A DNA stretch of 64,000 nucleotides from an uncultured Gemmatimonadales bacterium (GCA_963850905.1 CAWKMU010000003.1:128001-192000); one strand, 5' to 3'. Shown: positions 21,509-34,453, counted from the stretch's first letter. Notes: a model not told the origin generated them from the letters alone. Numbers and translations are program-made.

Positions 21509-22858
21509 TTACCCGTCCACACGCTCCACGAGGTACGCCGCCAACGCGCTGGCCGCGACGCGATCCTGCGTGAGCGAGTCGCGATCGCGCACCGTCACCG
21601 ACCCATCGGCCATCGTCTGGCCGTCGACGGTCACGCAGTACGGCGTCCCGACTTCGTCCTGCCGCCGGTACCGGCGGCCGATCGAGCCCGACTCATCGTA
21701 GAACACCGGCAACCGGCGGCGAAGCTCGGCCGCGAGCTTGGTCGCGAACTCCGGCATGCCATCTTTCTTTACCAGCGGAAACACGCCGGCCTTGGTCGGC
21801 GCGAGCGAGGGATGCAGTCGGAGCACTGTCCGCCCCTCGGCTTCGCCAGGCACTTCCTCCTCGCGGTACGCGTTGATGAGCACTGCGAGCGTCACGCGAT
21901 CCGCGCCCACCGACGTCTCGATGACGTATGGCACGTAGCGACGGTTCTGCGGCTGGTCGAAATACTCCAGCTTCTTCCCCGAGTACTCCTGGTGTTGCTT
22001 GAGATCGAAGTCGCCCCGGTTGTGGATGCCTTCGACCTCCTGGAATCCCAGCGACCCACCGAAGTCGAACTCAATGTCGAACGCCGCACGCGCGTAGTGC
22101 GCCAGCTCCTCTTTGGTGTGCTGGTGGAACTGGAGTCGCTTCGGATCGAGTCCCAGGGACTCGTGCCACGCCAGGCGCTCGGCTTTCCACCGCTCGAACC
22201 ACGACATGGCGGTGTCAGGCTCCACGAAGAACTGCATCTCCATCTGCTCGAACTCCCGCGTTCGAAAGATGAAGTTGCCAGGCGTGATTTCATTGCGAAA
22301 CGCCTTGCCGATTTGCGCGATGCCGAACGGGATCTTCTGGCGAGTCGATTGCTGGACGTTCAGGAAGTTGACGTAGATCCCCTGCGCCGTCTCGGGACGG
22401 AGGTACACGACGGACGCACTCTCTTCGACCGGCCCCATGAACGTCTTGAACATGAGGTTGAACTGGCGGGGCTCCGTGAGCGCGCACGCCTCCCATTCGC
22501 CAGGTCGCTTGCTTGGCTTCTGCAGGCACCGGGCGTCGGCGAGCTTGTCGGCCCGGAAGCGCCCCTTGCACGTCTTGCAGTCGACGAGCGGGTCGGTGAA
22601 CCCCGCCACGTGTCCGCTCGCTTCCCAGACACGAGGATGCATGAGGATCGCGGCGTCGAGTCCCTCGACGTCGTCGCGCGACAGGACCATCGCGCGCCAC
22701 CAGCGATCCTTGATGTTGCGTTTCAGCTCGGCGCCCAGCGGCCCGTAATCCCACACAGAGCCGGTCCCACCGTAGATTTCCGACGATTGAAAAATGAACC
22801 CGTGTCGCTTGCACAGCGACACGAGCTTGTCCATCACGTCGGGATTGTCGGAAGGCAT
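21509..22858 (-). CDS. glyQS: glycine--tRNA ligase, homodimeric type
   Basis: [54 protein letters not shown]. Confidence 0.97.
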   Translation of the reverse strand: MPSDNPDVMDKLVSLCKRHGFIFQSSEIYGGTGSVWDYGPLGAELKRNIKDRWWRAMVLSRDDVEGLDAAILMHPRVWEASGHVAGFTDPLVDCKTCKGRFRADKLADARCLQKPSKRPGEWEACALTEPRQFNLMFKTFMGPVEESASVVYLRPETAQGIYVNFLNVQQSTRQKIPFGIAQIGKAFRNEITPGNFIFRTREFEQMEMQFFVEPDTAMSWFERWKAERLAWHESLGLDPKRLQFHQHTKEELAHYARAAFDIEFDFGGSLGFQEVEGIHNRGDFDLKQHQEYSGKKLEYFDQPQNRRYVPYVIETSVGADRVTLAVLINAYREEEVPGEAEGRTVLRLHPSLAPTKAGVFPLVKKDGMPEFATKLAAELRRRLPVFYDESGSIGRRYRRQDEVGTPYCVTVDGQTMADGSVTVRDRDSLTQDRVAASALAAYLVERVDG

Positions 22859-22926
22859 GGCAGAGGGGCGCGGGAGAAGTACTGTGGACCACCGGCGGGA
22901 GGACGTCCGGTTGGAGCTCCGAAACG

Positions 22927-23937
22927 TCAATGGTGTCCGGCGAGGGCGCGGCCCACCGATAGGCGGCGCGCAATCAGCGCCCCGTGCCCCCGTCCATTTT
23001 CAATGAAGACCTTGTTCGCGTCGTTGCCCTGGGCCAGCACTCCAGTGATGAACACGCGCTCGACATCGGTCTCCATCGTTGCCGGGTCGAAGGTCGGGAC
23101 ACCGGTCTCCGGCTGCATGGTCACGCCCAGCTGCTGCAGCAGCGTCGTGTCCGGCGTGAAACCCGTCATGAGGTACACCCGATCGGCCCGCAGCCGCTGG
23201 GTGCCCGTCGGGCCTTCGACCAGCACCGCATCGACCTCGATTCGCGTCGCCCGCGAGTTCCAATGGACGGCAATCGAGCCATCGGCCAGCCGATTGGTGA
23301 TGTCGGGAAGGACCCAGGGTTTGATGTTGGGATCGAGTCGGTCGCGAAAATGCACCATCGTCACCTTCGCGCCGCACCGCCACAAGTCGAGCGCCGCGTC
23401 GACCGCCGAGTTGCCGCCGCCGATGAGGACGACATCGCGTCGAAACGACTCGTGGCCCTCGGAGTAGAGATGCGAGACATGCGGGAGCGTCTCGCCGGGA
23501 ATGTGCAGCAGATTGGGATTGCCGAAATACCCTGTTGCGATGACGACCGCGTCGTACGGCGCTTCCACGGTGCCCCGCGGCGTCTCGGATCGGACGACGA
23601 AGTGCTCCCCGGCTCGCGTGATGTCGAGCACCGGTTCATACAGCCGCAACAGCAGGCCAAAGTACTGAACCGCCATTCGATAGTACGCGAGGGCTTCGCG
23701 CCGCGTCGGCTTCTCGCCCGCGGTCACGAACGGCAGGCCGCCAATCGCGATCTTTTCCGCGGTCGAAAAGAACGTCATGTAGGTGGGATAGCTCGCGAGG
23801 CTGCTGACCAGGCACGATCGGTCGTACACGAGCGGCCGGGCCCCCGCCTGCTTGAGCGCGATGGCCGTGGCGAGGCCACAAGGCCCCGCCCCGATGACCG
23901 CGACAGACGTCGTGCTCGGTGCACCTCCCCGTGCCAT
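22927..23937 (-). CDS. ypdA: YpdA family flavoprotein disulfide reductase (putative bacillithiol disulfide reductase)
   Basis: [52 protein letters not shown]. Confidence 0.85.
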   Translation of the reverse strand: MARGGAPSTTSVAVIGAGPCGLATAIALKQAGARPLVYDRSCLVSSLASYPTYMTFFSTAEKIAIGGLPFVTAGEKPTRREALAYYRMAVQYFGLLLRLYEPVLDITRAGEHFVVRSETPRGTVEAPYDAVVIATGYFGNPNLLHIPGETLPHVSHLYSEGHESFRRDVVLIGGGNSAVDAALDLWRCGAKVTMVHFRDRLDPNIKPWVLPDITNRLADGSIAVHWNSRATRIEVDAVLVEGPTGTQRLRADRVYLMTGFTPDTTLLQQLGVTMQPETGVPTFDPATMETDVERVFITGVLAQGNDANKVFIENGRGHGALIARRLSVGRALAGHH

Positions 23938-23980
23938 GCCTATCCCCTCGCAATCCTGTGTGTGCCGTCGCGGTGCGCCA

Positions 23981-25279
<1,299 letters not shown>

Positions 25280-25312
25280 GTCGTGAAAAGTACAGTCGTA
25301 GCGAGCTAGCCG

Positions 25313-26308
25313 TCAGCCAGCCAATCCCATCCGCGCCTTCACATCGTGCATCGTCTCCCGCGCGATCCCGCGGGCGGTGGCCGCGCCGGCCGCGAGGGCG
25401 TCCTCCACGACCTCGGGTTGCGCCCGAAGCGCTTCCGCGCGTGCACGGATCGGAGCCAGTGCCCGCTCCATCCCGTCGAAGAGCACACGCTTGCAGTCGA
25501 TACAGCCCCAACCGGCGCTGCGGCACTCACGTTCCACCAGGGCCACCGTCTCGGGAGGATTGAAGCCGCGGTGCAGGTGGTAGATGTTGCACACCTCCGG
25601 CGTTCCCGGGTCCGTCCTCCGCACCCGCTTGGGGTCGGTCACCGCCGGGCGAAGCTTCTCCCACACCTGGTCGGGCGGCTCGAGCAAGCCCACGGTGTTG
25701 CCCATCGATTTGGACATCTTGGCCTGGCCGTCGAGCCCCAGGACTCGGCGAGTCGGCGTCAACAACGCCGCGGGCTCCGGGAAATAGGGCCGATCCGGCG
25801 AGAAGCGCGAGTTCCACCGACGGGCCGTTTCGCGCGACAGCTCGAGATGTTGGACCTGATCCTCGCCGACCGGGACGGTGTCAGCCCGGTACAACAGGAT
25901 GTCGGCCGCCTGGAGCACCGGGTAGTTCAGCAAGCCAGCGGCAACGCTCTCCTGCCGTTGCGCCTTGTCCTTGAACTGGGTCTGGCGTTCGAGCTCGCCA
26001 AGCGGTGTGATCGTGTTGAAAATCCAGGCTAACTCGGTATGTTCCGGGACCGCTGACTGAACAAACACCGTGGCCACAGCGGGGTCGATACCCGCGGCGA
26101 GCAGCGAGACGGCTAGCTCTCGAGTGCGAACTGGGAGCTCACGCGGATCGTATGGGATCGTGATCGCGTGGTAGTCGACGATGCAGAAGAACGACTCGTA
26201 GCGGCCTTGGATGCCGACCCAGTTCTGAACTGCACCGAGGTAATTTCCAATGTGGAGCTCGCCTGACGGCTGGATGCCGCTGAACACGCGGGTGCTGGCT
26301 CGTGTCAT
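25313..26308 (-). CDS. trpS: tryptophan--tRNA ligase
   Basis: SGIQPSGELHIGNY, YPVLQAADIL, VGEDQ, KMSKS. Confidence 0.97.
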   Translation of the reverse strand: MTRASTRVFSGIQPSGELHIGNYLGAVQNWVGIQGRYESFFCIVDYHAITIPYDPRELPVRTRELAVSLLAAGIDPAVATVFVQSAVPEHTELAWIFNTITPLGELERQTQFKDKAQRQESVAAGLLNYPVLQAADILLYRADTVPVGEDQVQHLELSRETARRWNSRFSPDRPYFPEPAALLTPTRRVLGLDGQAKMSKSMGNTVGLLEPPDQVWEKLRPAVTDPKRVRRTDPGTPEVCNIYHLHRGFNPPETVALVERECRSAGWGCIDCKRVLFDGMERALAPIRARAEALRAQPEVVEDALAAGAATARGIARETMHDVKARMGLAG

Positions 26309-27258
26309 CGCGCGAAGGTAGACGAGGCCGCGGACCGTCGCAAGCGACCACTTCCCATACCGGCCGCTCGCCGGTGTCGTCGCGACGCGCTCCGAAAGAA
26401 GCGGTGACGCCGCAATCGGGCCGCAAGCCGCGCCGGAAGAACGCGCCCGACCCGACAGAGCTGCTGGCCATAGCAGTGGAAGCCGCCGCAGCCTCCGCGA
26501 GTGTCCTCAAGGCCCACGTAGGCGGCCTCGCGCAGATCAGGTGGGAAGAGAAGGCACCCGCAGACTACGTCACGACCGTCGACCGAACGTCGGAGGAGGC
26601 CCTCCGTGCCGTCATTCACGACCGGATGCCCGACGCGCGGGTCCTCGGCGAGGAGCTATCGCCCGAGTTGGCCGGTCGGCGAGGACGAAACGCGTTGGAC
26701 GGCGTCGTGTTTGTGGCCGACCCGCTCGACGGCACGACGAACTACCTCCACGGCTTCCCCGAGTACGCCGTCTCGATCGCTGCTCTCGTCGACGGGGTCC
26801 TGACCGCGGGCGCTGTGCGCCATGGGGTCACCGATGAGCTCTACACCGCGACGCTGCGCGGCGGCGCGTACCGCGATGGGCGCCGGCTCAGCGTATCCCG
26901 GATCATCGAGCCCGCCCGCGCCCTGATCGGCACCGGCTTCCCATTCTCTCATCTCGAATCGCTCGACACCTACCAGCCCCAGTTTGCCGCAGTCGCGCGC
27001 CACACGGCCGGCATGCGACGAGCCGGCTCGGCGGCGCTGGATTTGGCCAGGCTGGCCGCCGGCCAGTTCGATGGGTTCTGGGAGCTGAAGTTGGCCCCGT
27101 GGGACATCGCGGCCGGGATGCTGCTCGTGCGAGAAGCTGGCGGCGTCGTCACAGACCTCGACGGACGCGTCGCCCCCGTCGCACACACCAGCATCGTCGC
27201 CGGCAACCCCACGATCCACTCGTGGCTCCTCGACACCCTCCAATCGGCAACTCCATAG
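26302..27258 (+). CDS. suhB: inositol monophosphatase family (true start may be downstream)
   Basis: DYVTTVD, GEE, DPLDGTTN, RRAGSAALD, WDIAAG. Confidence 0.88.
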   Translation: MSSREGRRGRGPSQATTSHTGRSPVSSRRAPKEAVTPQSGRKPRRKNAPDPTELLAIAVEAAAASASVLKAHVGGLAQIRWEEKAPADYVTTVDRTSEEALRAVIHDRMPDARVLGEELSPELAGRRGRNALDGVVFVADPLDGTTNYLHGFPEYAVSIAALVDGVLTAGAVRHGVTDELYTATLRGGAYRDGRRLSVSRIIEPARALIGTGFPFSHLESLDTYQPQFAAVARHTAGMRRAGSAALDLARLAAGQFDGFWELKLAPWDIAAGMLLVREAGGVVTDLDGRVAPVAHTSIVAGNPTIHSWLLDTLQSATP

Positions 27259-27259
27259 C

Positions 27260-28778
27260 ATGCCCTTGATCGAATGCGTCCCCAATTTCTCCGAGGGCCG
27301 TCGAGCGGATGTCGTCCAGCAGATCCGCGCCGCAATCGCCGACGTCTCCGGAGTCGTTGTTCTCGATGTGTCGTCCAATGCATCGCACAATCGGACGGTC
27401 GTCACCTTCATCGCCCCGGCCGATACCGTCGCGGACGCCGCGTTTGCTGGTGTGCAGCGCGCGCATAGCCTCATCGATCTTCGAACCCACAGCGGCGAGC
27501 ATCCACGAATCGGCGCGACCGACGTCGTACCGTTCATCCCGCTGGAAGGCGCGACGATGGACGACTGCGTCGCGTTGGCCCGGACGTTGGGCGAGCGCAT
27601 CGGCCGCGAGTTGCACATTCCCGTCTACCTGTACGAGCGCGCGGCTTCGCGACCCGACCGTGAGAATCTGGCCGACGTCCGGCGCGGCGAGTTCGAGGGG
27701 CTGCGCGACGCGATCCGGACCGACCCGCAACGTGCGCCCGATTTTGGCCCCGCAGAGCTGCATCCCAGCGCGGGCGCCGTCGCAGTCGGTGCACGCCCCT
27801 TTTTGGTGGCGTACAACGTTTATCTCGGACCGTCGAGCAACCTCCCTGTCGCCAAAGACGTCGCCAAGGCGGTTCGGGGGTCTTCCGGCGGGTTGCGCTA
27901 CGTCAAGGCACTCGGACTCGATGTCGACGGACAAGCACAAGTGTCCATGAATCTGGTCGACATCGATCGGACACCGCTCCACCGCGCGTACGAGGCGGTG
28001 CGTAGTGAAGCGGCCGCTCACGGCGCCTCGCCAACCTGGAGCGAGGTCGTCGGCCTCGTGCCAGAGCGCGCGCTGCTCGACGCCGGCATTCGGCATGTAC
28101 AGCTGCGAGGGTTCACGCCTGACCAGCTGCTCGAGCGCAAGATTCGCTCGGTCACGACGCCGGGCCCGACGCTGGCGTCGTTCCGCGACGCGGTGGCCGC
28201 CGGGACGCCCACCCCTGGGGGCGGCAGCGTCGTCGCGTTCGTCGGAGCCCTTTCGGCAGCACTCGCGCAGATGGTCGCTGGTCTCACCGCCGGCCGCCCG
28301 AAGTACGCCACGGCCGACGCGACGATGCGAGCCGTCGGGCGCGAGGCCAGCACGCTCGGCGCACTCCTCTCAGAGTTGGTCGACCGCGACGCCGAGGCGT
28401 ATGGCGCCGTCGTCGCCGCCTACAAGCTTCCCAAGGAGCCCGATGCCGCGGCCGCGGCCCGACGCGCCGCCATAGCCGACGCGACGATCGGGGCAACGCT
28501 GGTCCCGCTCGACACGGCGCGCGCATGTGCCCGAGTTGCCGAGTTGGCCGCGGTGGTCGCTAGCCAAGGGAACCCCAATGCCGTCTCCGACGCTGGCGTC
28601 GCTGCGCTCCTTGCCGAAGCCGCCACCAGGGGAGCCGCCTACAACGTCCGCATCAACGTCGCTGCGCTCGAGGATCCCACGCGCGGCGCCCCGCTGGCAG
28701 CCGAAGCAGAATGCGCTGGTGCTCGCCGTGCGACAAACGGCAGCGAGGGCGACGGCGGAGGTGGAGAAGAGGCTATAA
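27260..28778 (+). CDS. ftcD: glutamate formimidoyltransferase / formiminotetrahydrofolate cyclodeaminase, bifunctional (frameshift near 28710)
   Basis: LIECVPNFSEGR, HNRTVVT, HPRIGATDVVPF, QVSMNL; PTPGGGS, GNPNAVSDAG, NVRIN; helical C-terminus ...AEVEKRL* in ORF ending 28778. Confidence 0.9.
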
Positions 28779-28782
28779 CGAC

Positions 28783-28953
28783 GGGGACCGGGGGTCAGGG
28801 GTCAGGGAACAAATCGAAAGGCCGATCACGGCGCGCCGCGACCGGCCTTGGACCGGTAGGGGCGACGCATTGCGTCGCCCGTCGTTGTCTTCTCCTTTTT
28901 TCGTTGTCGTTACGGTTACCGTTCCCAGACCCCAAACCCCAGACCCCAGACCC
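28783..28953 (+). repeat. complete composite REP element with inverted heptamer arms (MITE-like)
   Basis: Left GGGGTCA x2 + GGGAAC; hairpin; REP 28856-28880; right GTTCCC + A(G/A)ACCCC x4. Confidence 0.85.
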
Positions 28954-28966
28954 GCCGTTCCGCCCC

Positions 28967-29719
28967 CTACGCCGCCGTCAGTATCCTCGGCCCATCGTCT
29001 GTAATCGCCACCGTATGCTCAAAGTGCGCCGACCGCTTGCCGTCGGCCGTCACGACGGTCCACTTGTCCGGCATCGTGCGCGTCAGTGCCACGCCGAGAT
29101 TGACCATCGGCTCGATCGCGATCGTGAGGCCCGGCACCAGCTTCGTCCCGCGTTTGGGCTTGCCCTCATTGGGGACCTGCGGCTCTTCGTGAGGCTCGAG
29201 ACCGACTCCGTGCCCGACGAGGTCCTTCGCCAACGAGAAACTCGCGCAATGCACGACGGCCGAAATGGCGGCGCCAATGTCTCCCGAGTGATTGCCGGGT
29301 AACGCCGCGGCAATGCCGGCAGCGAGCGCCTCCTGCGTCACGGCGAGCAACCGCTCCGACTCAGCTTGAATCGTACCCACTCCGACGGTGATCGCCGCGT
29401 CGGTGTAGTAGCCCTCGTACTTCACGCCGACGTCGATCGAGAGGATGTCGCCCTCGCGAAGCACCCGGGTCGGCGACGGGATGCCGTGCACGATTTCCTG
29501 GTTGATCGACAGGCAAGTGCTCCCGGGAAAACCATAGAGGCCTTTGAACGCGGGCACCGCCCCCTTGTGGCTCCGAATGAATTCGTCAGCGACTCGATCG
29601 AGTTCGCCAGTCGCCACGCCCGCCACCGTGCGCGACGCGAGCAGGCGGAGCGTCTTCCCGAGGATCCGGCCTCCCTTGGCCATGATCTCGATTTCCCGTG
29701 AAGACTTGAGCTGAATCAT
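28967..29719 (-). CDS. map: methionine aminopeptidase type I
   Basis: SINQEIVHGIP, DVGV, TDAA, GHGVG..HEEP, AIEPM, SAHFEHT. Confidence 0.96.
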   Translation of the reverse strand: MIQLKSSREIEIMAKGGRILGKTLRLLASRTVAGVATGELDRVADEFIRSHKGAVPAFKGLYGFPGSTCLSINQEIVHGIPSPTRVLREGDILSIDVGVKYEGYYTDAAITVGVGTIQAESERLLAVTQEALAAGIAAALPGNHSGDIGAAISAVVHCASFSLAKDLVGHGVGLEPHEEPQVPNEGKPKRGTKLVPGLTIAIEPMVNLGVALTRTMPDKWTVVTADGKRSAHFEHTVAITDDGPRILTAA

Positions 29720-29813
29720 GCGATCATCGTCGCGTAGTCGATAACCAGACACGGTGGAGAAAGTTAATAGTGCCCTAGCCCTTACCGCAGGCACCGAGCC
29801 TCGGCCGCGGCGG

Positions 29814-29837
29814 GTAGGGGCGACGCATGCGTCGCCC
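29814..29837 (+). repeat. GTAG REP unit
   Basis: GTAGGGGCGACGCATGCGTCGCCC between adk and map. Confidence 0.9.
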
Positions 29838-29838
29838 G

Positions 29839-30537
29839 TTACGCCCGAACGCCCGCCCCGTCCAGCCCCGCGGTCACCCGTGCCGCCACCTGGTCGGGCG
29901 TCCCGACCGCGTTCACCCGCACGACCTGCGCGCCGTGCGATTGGTACCAGCTCAGGACCGGCGCGGTCTGCGTCTGGTACACACGCAACCGGTTGCGGAC
30001 GGCGTCTGGCTCATCATCACGACGACGCACCAGCGTGCCGCCGCACTTCTCACATCGCGTCCCCGGCTCGAGACCCGTGTAGGGCGTCTGGCACCGATCG
30101 CAGACCGTCCGGCCGCTGATTCGCCGTACGAGCTCGTCGTCGCTGATCTCGAAGAGGATCACGCCCGTGAGGGGCCGCCCCAGCTCGCCAAGTAGGCGGT
30201 CGAGGCCCTCGGCCTGCGGCACCGTTCGCACGACGCCGTCGAGGATGGCTCCCCGCGAGGCCGCGGCGGAGCGCAGGGTGTCCTTCATGATGCCGAGGAT
30301 AACCGCGTCGGGCACGAGCGCGCCGCGGTCCATGTAGGCCTTGGCCTCGAGTCCGAGCGGCGTGCCCTCGCTGACGGCAGCCCGCAAGATGTCGCCCGTG
30401 CTGATCTTGGGGATCCGCAGACATTCGGCTAGGCGCTCGCCTTGCGTTCCCTTGCCCGCACCAGGCGGGCCGAGCAGCACGAGGATCGTGTCGCCCGCGG
30501 CTCCGGAGAGGCCATGGCCACCGCGGGCGGGATCCAC
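29839..30537 (-). CDS. adk: adenylate kinase (Zn-lid type; start uncertain)
   Basis: GPPGAGKGTQ, STGDILR, CDRC...CEKC lid, RRDD. Confidence 0.96.
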   Translation of the reverse strand: MDPARGGHGLSGAAGDTILVLLGPPGAGKGTQGERLAECLRIPKISTGDILRAAVSEGTPLGLEAKAYMDRGALVPDAVILGIMKDTLRSAAASRGAILDGVVRTVPQAEGLDRLLGELGRPLTGVILFEISDDELVRRISGRTVCDRCQTPYTGLEPGTRCEKCGGTLVRRRDDEPDAVRNRLRVYQTQTAPVLSWYQSHGAQVVRVNAVGTPDQVAARVTAGLDGAGVRA

Positions 30538-30538
30538 G

Positions 30539-31882
30539 TCAGTAACCGCCGACCGGCGCTCCCCTGATGCCCGAGCGGAGGCGGCTGCCTTTCTTCATGA
30601 AGCCGTCGTATTTCCGAAGCAGCAGGTGCTGGTTCATGTTCGTGATCGTGTCGAGCGCCACGCCGACAACGATCAAGAGCGACGTGCCACCGAATCGGAA
30701 CGGCACATTGATCTGGTCGGCGATGAACATCGGCAGCAGTGCGATGAACGTCAGGAAGATCGCACCCGGGAACGTGATGCGGGACATCACCTCGTCGATG
30801 TACTCGGCCGTTCGCGTCCCGGGCTTCACGCCGGGAATGAACCCACCCTGCTTCTTCAGGTTCTCGGCCAGATCCACCGGGTTGAAAATGATGGACGTGT
30901 AGAAGTAGGTGAAGAACACGGTCAACACCGCGTACGAGATGTAGTAGGCGAGCGCGCCCGGGCGAAAGATGTCGGCGAGGTCGCGCGCCACGGGCCATCG
31001 ATTGCCCATGAATTGCGCAATGGCGCCCGGCACCACGATCACGGACTGGGCAAAGATGATCGGCATCACCCCGGCCGAATTGATGCGTAGGGGGATGAAG
31101 CTCTTCGCCCCATCGCGCATTCGGCCACGCGCCATCGTTCGCTGCGGAATCTGAATTGGGACTCGACGCGCGGCGACGGTGATCGCGATCACCCCGGCCA
31201 CGACGCCCACCATCAGAATGCCCAGCACGATCAGCTTGACGACGCTCGTCGCACCCGTGGTCACGTATCGGAACGTGCCGAAGATGCCGGGCCAGAAGCG
31301 CTCGATGATCGAGAAGAAGATGATGAGACTCGCCCCATTACCCACCCCGCGCTCGGTGATCTGTTCACCGAGCCACATGACGAAGATCGCGCCGGTCGTG
31401 AGGAACAGCACCATCTGGATCTTGAACCCGAGTCCCGGATTCGTGACTGCGCCCGGCAGCGACTCGGTGAACAGCGCGAAACCCCACGCCTGCACGACGG
31501 CAAGGGCCACCGTCAGATAGCGAGTCCACTGCGTGATCCGCTTCTGCCCCTCCTCCTCCTTCTGCATCTTGTCGACCTGGGGAATCACCGCGCCGGCGAT
31601 CTGCATGAAGATGCTCGCCGAGATGTACGGCATGATCCCCAGTGCGAAGACCGTCGCTTTGGACAGCCCGCCGCCGACGAAGAGGTCGTAGAGGCCGAGG
31701 AGACCTCCCTTCCCCTGATTGGCGAAGAAGTCGGTGAGTGCGATGACGTCGACGCCCGGCACTGTGACGTGCGAGCCGACACGGTAGATCACAAGGCAGA
31801 GCAGCGTGAAGAGGATCTTGTCCTTGAGCTCTGTCGTCTTCCAGATGTTCGAAACCGCTGTCGCGGCGCTGGCCTGTGCCAT
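30539..31882 (-). CDS. secY: preprotein translocase SecY
   Basis: FALGIMPYISASI, WLGEQITERGVGNG, AGVMPIIFA, FGGTSLLIVVGV. Confidence 0.98.
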   Translation of the reverse strand: MAQASAATAVSNIWKTTELKDKILFTLLCLVIYRVGSHVTVPGVDVIALTDFFANQGKGGLLGLYDLFVGGGLSKATVFALGIMPYISASIFMQIAGAVIPQVDKMQKEEEGQKRITQWTRYLTVALAVVQAWGFALFTESLPGAVTNPGLGFKIQMVLFLTTGAIFVMWLGEQITERGVGNGASLIIFFSIIERFWPGIFGTFRYVTTGATSVVKLIVLGILMVGVVAGVIAITVAARRVPIQIPQRTMARGRMRDGAKSFIPLRINSAGVMPIIFAQSVIVVPGAIAQFMGNRWPVARDLADIFRPGALAYYISYAVLTVFFTYFYTSIIFNPVDLAENLKKQGGFIPGVKPGTRTAEYIDEVMSRITFPGAIFLTFIALLPMFIADQINVPFRFGGTSLLIVVGVALDTITNMNQHLLLRKYDGFMKKGSRLRSGIRGAPVGGY

Positions 31883-31905
31883 AGTGGCCCCTGCATGAGG
31901 ACAGT

Positions 31906-31927
31906 GGGACCACCGTGAGGTGGTCCC
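31906..31927. other. perfect stem-loop between rplO and secY
   Basis: GGGACCACC-GTGA-GGTGGTCCC. Confidence 0.6.
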
Positions 31928-31950
31928 CCAACGAATTTACCTAGCCTGCA

Positions 31951-32427
31951 CTACTCTTCGATGCGACCGCCGGCCGCAAGGATCTTCTCACGCGCCCCGG
32001 CACTCACCTTCACACCCCGCACGGTGACCGCCCGCGGTACCGAACCGTTGGCGAGCAACTTCGCGGGCCCGCGCCCGACACGGATGAGTCCCGCTTCCGC
32101 GAGCGACGCCGGCGTGACTTCCGCGTCCTCCGGCACGTGCGCGAGTGCGTCGAGGCGCACGAGCTGCGCTTCGACTCGGAACGGGTTCGTGAATCCGCGC
32201 TTCGGCACACGGCGCGTCAACGGCATCTGGCCCCCTTCGAACTGCGGCTTGCCGCCGCCAGGACCATGATGCCCAGCCCGGGCCTTGATGCCCTTGTGGC
32301 CCTTGCCCGAAGTCTTGCCCGTGCCGGACCCCGGACCGCGGCCGATTCGCTTGCGATTGCGATGCGACCCGGGTGCGGGTACGAGGTTGTCGAGCCCGAT
32401 AGGAGTTGTCTTCTCACGATCTGCCAT
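31951..32427 (-). CDS. rplO: 50S ribosomal protein L15
   Basis: [26 protein letters not shown]. Confidence 0.97.
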   Translation of the reverse strand: MADREKTTPIGLDNLVPAPGSHRNRKRIGRGPGSGTGKTSGKGHKGIKARAGHHGPGGGKPQFEGGQMPLTRRVPKRGFTNPFRVEAQLVRLDALAHVPEDAEVTPASLAEAGLIRVGRGPAKLLANGSVPRAVTVRGVKVSAGAREKILAAGGRIEE

Positions 32428-32429
32428 CG

Positions 32430-32681
32430 TTACGGCTCCAGCGGCGTCACGGACACCAGGTGACGGACGCTCTTGACTTGACCGGCCACTGCCGGTGTGA
32501 AATCCCGAATGACGGCATCCTGATGGTGCCGCAGCCCGAGCGCCGCCAGCGTCCGCCGCAGCCGCGCAGGATGCCCGATCTCGCTACGGACCTGTCGGAT
32601 CTCGACCTGGCCGCCGAGTGGCGGAAGCTTCGGGGTCTTCGCGGGCCCCTTGCCCGGATGCCACACAAATCGTCTAGGCAT
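32430..32681 (-). CDS. rpmD: 50S ribosomal protein L30 (N-terminal extension)
   Basis: [22 protein letters not shown]; position between rpsE and rplO. Confidence 0.92.
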   Translation of the reverse strand: MPRRFVWHPGKGPAKTPKLPPLGGQVEIRQVRSEIGHPARLRRTLAALGLRHHQDAVIRDFTPAVAGQVKSVRHLVSVTPLEP

Positions 32682-33483
32682 GCGCGGCCTCCTTGCTGTG
32701 CGCACGCGATCGATAACCGAGGCTCGACGGCTCGACGCCACGCTCGCGCGCGACGTCCTCGACGGTCGTGAGCTGATGCAGCCCATCGAGCGCGGCGAGC
32801 ACCATGTTGTGCGGATTGGTCGAACCCAGGCTCTTGGTCAGGATGTCCGAGATGCCAGCGCACTCCATGATGGCGCGCACTGCACCACCGGCAATCACGC
32901 CGGCGCCCGGCGCGGCCGGCTTCATCCAGACCCGACCAGCTCCGTGCTCGCCGATGACCTCGTGCGGAATCGTGCTGCCAGTCAGCGGCACGGATGCCAT
33001 GCGGCGACGCGCGGCATCCACCGCCTTTCGGACCGCCTCCGACACTTCGTTCGCCTTGCCCGTCGCAAAGCCGACCTTCCCGTGACCGTCGCCAACGGCG
33101 ACGAGCGCGTTGAAGGAAAATCGCCGGCCACCCTTCACCACTTTGGCGACGCGGTCGATGGCAATCACGTTCTCGAGCAGCTCGCTGCCGTCTCGGTCGC
33201 CACCGCCCCGCCCACCATCCCCGCCGCGTGGCCGCCGGTCGCCGCCGTCGCGGCCACCACCGCCGCCGCCACCGGGGCCACCGCCCGGACCACGGCCACG
33301 GCCGCCGCCACCCTGGCCGCCGGCCCCACGCCCACTACCACCGCGACCCCCGCCGCCACGACCACCACCACCCCCACGACCGCCAGGGCCGCCGGGGCGT
33401 CCACCGCGCCCGCCGCCGCCTGGCCGCGCGGGACGCTGCGGTGCTGGTGTTGCGCCGGATTCGGCCGATTCATGCTCTGCCAT
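32674..33483 (-). CDS. rpsE: 30S ribosomal protein S5 (long Gly/Arg-rich N-terminus)
   Basis: [31 protein letters not shown]. Confidence 0.97.
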   Translation of the reverse strand: MAEHESAESGATPAPQRPARPGGGGRGGRPGGPGGRGGGGGRGGGGRGGSGRGAGGQGGGGRGRGPGGGPGGGGGGGRDGGDRRPRGGDGGRGGGDRDGSELLENVIAIDRVAKVVKGGRRFSFNALVAVGDGHGKVGFATGKANEVSEAVRKAVDAARRRMASVPLTGSTIPHEVIGEHGAGRVWMKPAAPGAGVIAGGAVRAIMECAGISDILTKSLGSTNPHNMVLAALDGLHQLTTVEDVARERGVEPSSLGYRSRAHSKEAAHA

Positions 33484-33546
33484 ATGACTCGTCGCTCCCT
33501 CGAGCTCCGTTGAGCTACGTGAAAAAATGCGTACGCGGCAATCGAC

Positions 33547-33906
33547 TCAGAAGTCGAGACCGCCTTCGCGCGCGCCGTCGGCCACAGCCTTGACTCGACC
33601 GTGGTACTTGTACCCCGCGCGATCGAAGACGACGCGCGTGATCCCGGTAGACTTGGCCCGTTCTGCGAGCGCCTTGCCAACGGCCGTTGCCTTCTCGGTC
33701 TTCTTGCCACCACCCACCGTCCGGCTGGACACCGTCGCGAGTGTTCGCCGCGCGACGTCGTCCACGAGTTGCGCGTAGATGTGCTTGAGCGAGCGGTACA
33801 CCACGAGCCGCGGACGCTCCGGCGTGCCCGCCACCTTCTTCCGCACTCGCAGATGGCGGCGTGTCCGCCTCTCCTCGCGCGTCTTGGGAATCCCTATGCG
33901 AGCCAT
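33547..33906 (-). CDS. rplR: 50S ribosomal protein L18
   Basis: [28 protein letters not shown]. Confidence 0.97.
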   Translation of the reverse strand: MARIGIPKTREERRTRRHLRVRKKVAGTPERPRLVVYRSLKHIYAQLVDDVARRTLATVSSRTVGGGKKTEKATAVGKALAERAKSTGITRVVFDRAGYKYHGRVKAVADGAREGGLDF

Positions 33907-34445
33907 TACTTGCCTCCGGCCTTGCCCGCCTTCCGACGGACCTGCTCACCAACGTACTTGATGCCTTTCCCCTTGTATGGCTCAGGAGGACGCAGGCTCC
34001 GCAGCTCCGCTGCGACCTGCCCCACGACTTCCTTGTTCGCCCCTTCCACCACGATCGCCGTGGGCTGCGGCGCCGAGAGCTTGATGCCCGCAGGCGCGCG
34101 GTAGTCGACGGGATGCGAGAATCCCAACGCGAGTTGCAGCCCGAACGGCCGCGTCTCCGCCTTGTACCCGACTCCGACGATCTCGAGCTGCTTCTTGAAG
34201 CCCGCTGTGACGCCCTCGATCATGTTGGCGACGAGCGTACGCGTCAGTCCATGCAGCGCCTTGTGCTCTGGCTCGTCCGACGGCCGACTCACAACGACCT
34301 GCGAATCCTCGACGGCGACCGCCATCACCGGATGGACCACGCGCACCAACTCCCCGCGCGGGCCTTTGACCCGGACTGTCGATGCGTCGACGGTCACGGT
34401 CACGCCCTTGGGGATGGGAACCGGCTTCTTTCCGATTCGCGACAT
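33906..34445 (-). CDS. rplF: 50S ribosomal protein L6
   Basis: [26 protein letters not shown]. Confidence 0.97.
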   Translation of the reverse strand: MSRIGKKPVPIPKGVTVTVDASTVRVKGPRGELVRVVHPVMAVAVEDSQVVVSRPSDEPEHKALHGLTRTLVANMIEGVTAGFKKQLEIVGVGYKAETRPFGLQLALGFSHPVDYRAPAGIKLSAPQPTAIVVEGANKEVVGQVAAELRSLRPPEPYKGKGIKYVGEQVRRKAGKAGGK

Positions 34446-34453
34446 GGCGCCTC

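Noticed and set aside
19991..23467. 1158-aa plus-strand ORF (and similar long ORFs at 44368..46224, 34947..36515)
   Set aside because: Antisense shadows of real genes in high-GC DNA; no recognisable motifs
28710..29302. Apparent 200-aa C-terminal extension or fusion on FtcD
   Set aside because: Result of a frameshift reading through the repeat (VGATHCVAR is the REP translation) and antisense map
33230..33420. CCG/CCA-rich tract as a DNA microsatellite or G-quadruplex element
   Set aside because: Explained by the Gly/Arg-rich coding tail of S5
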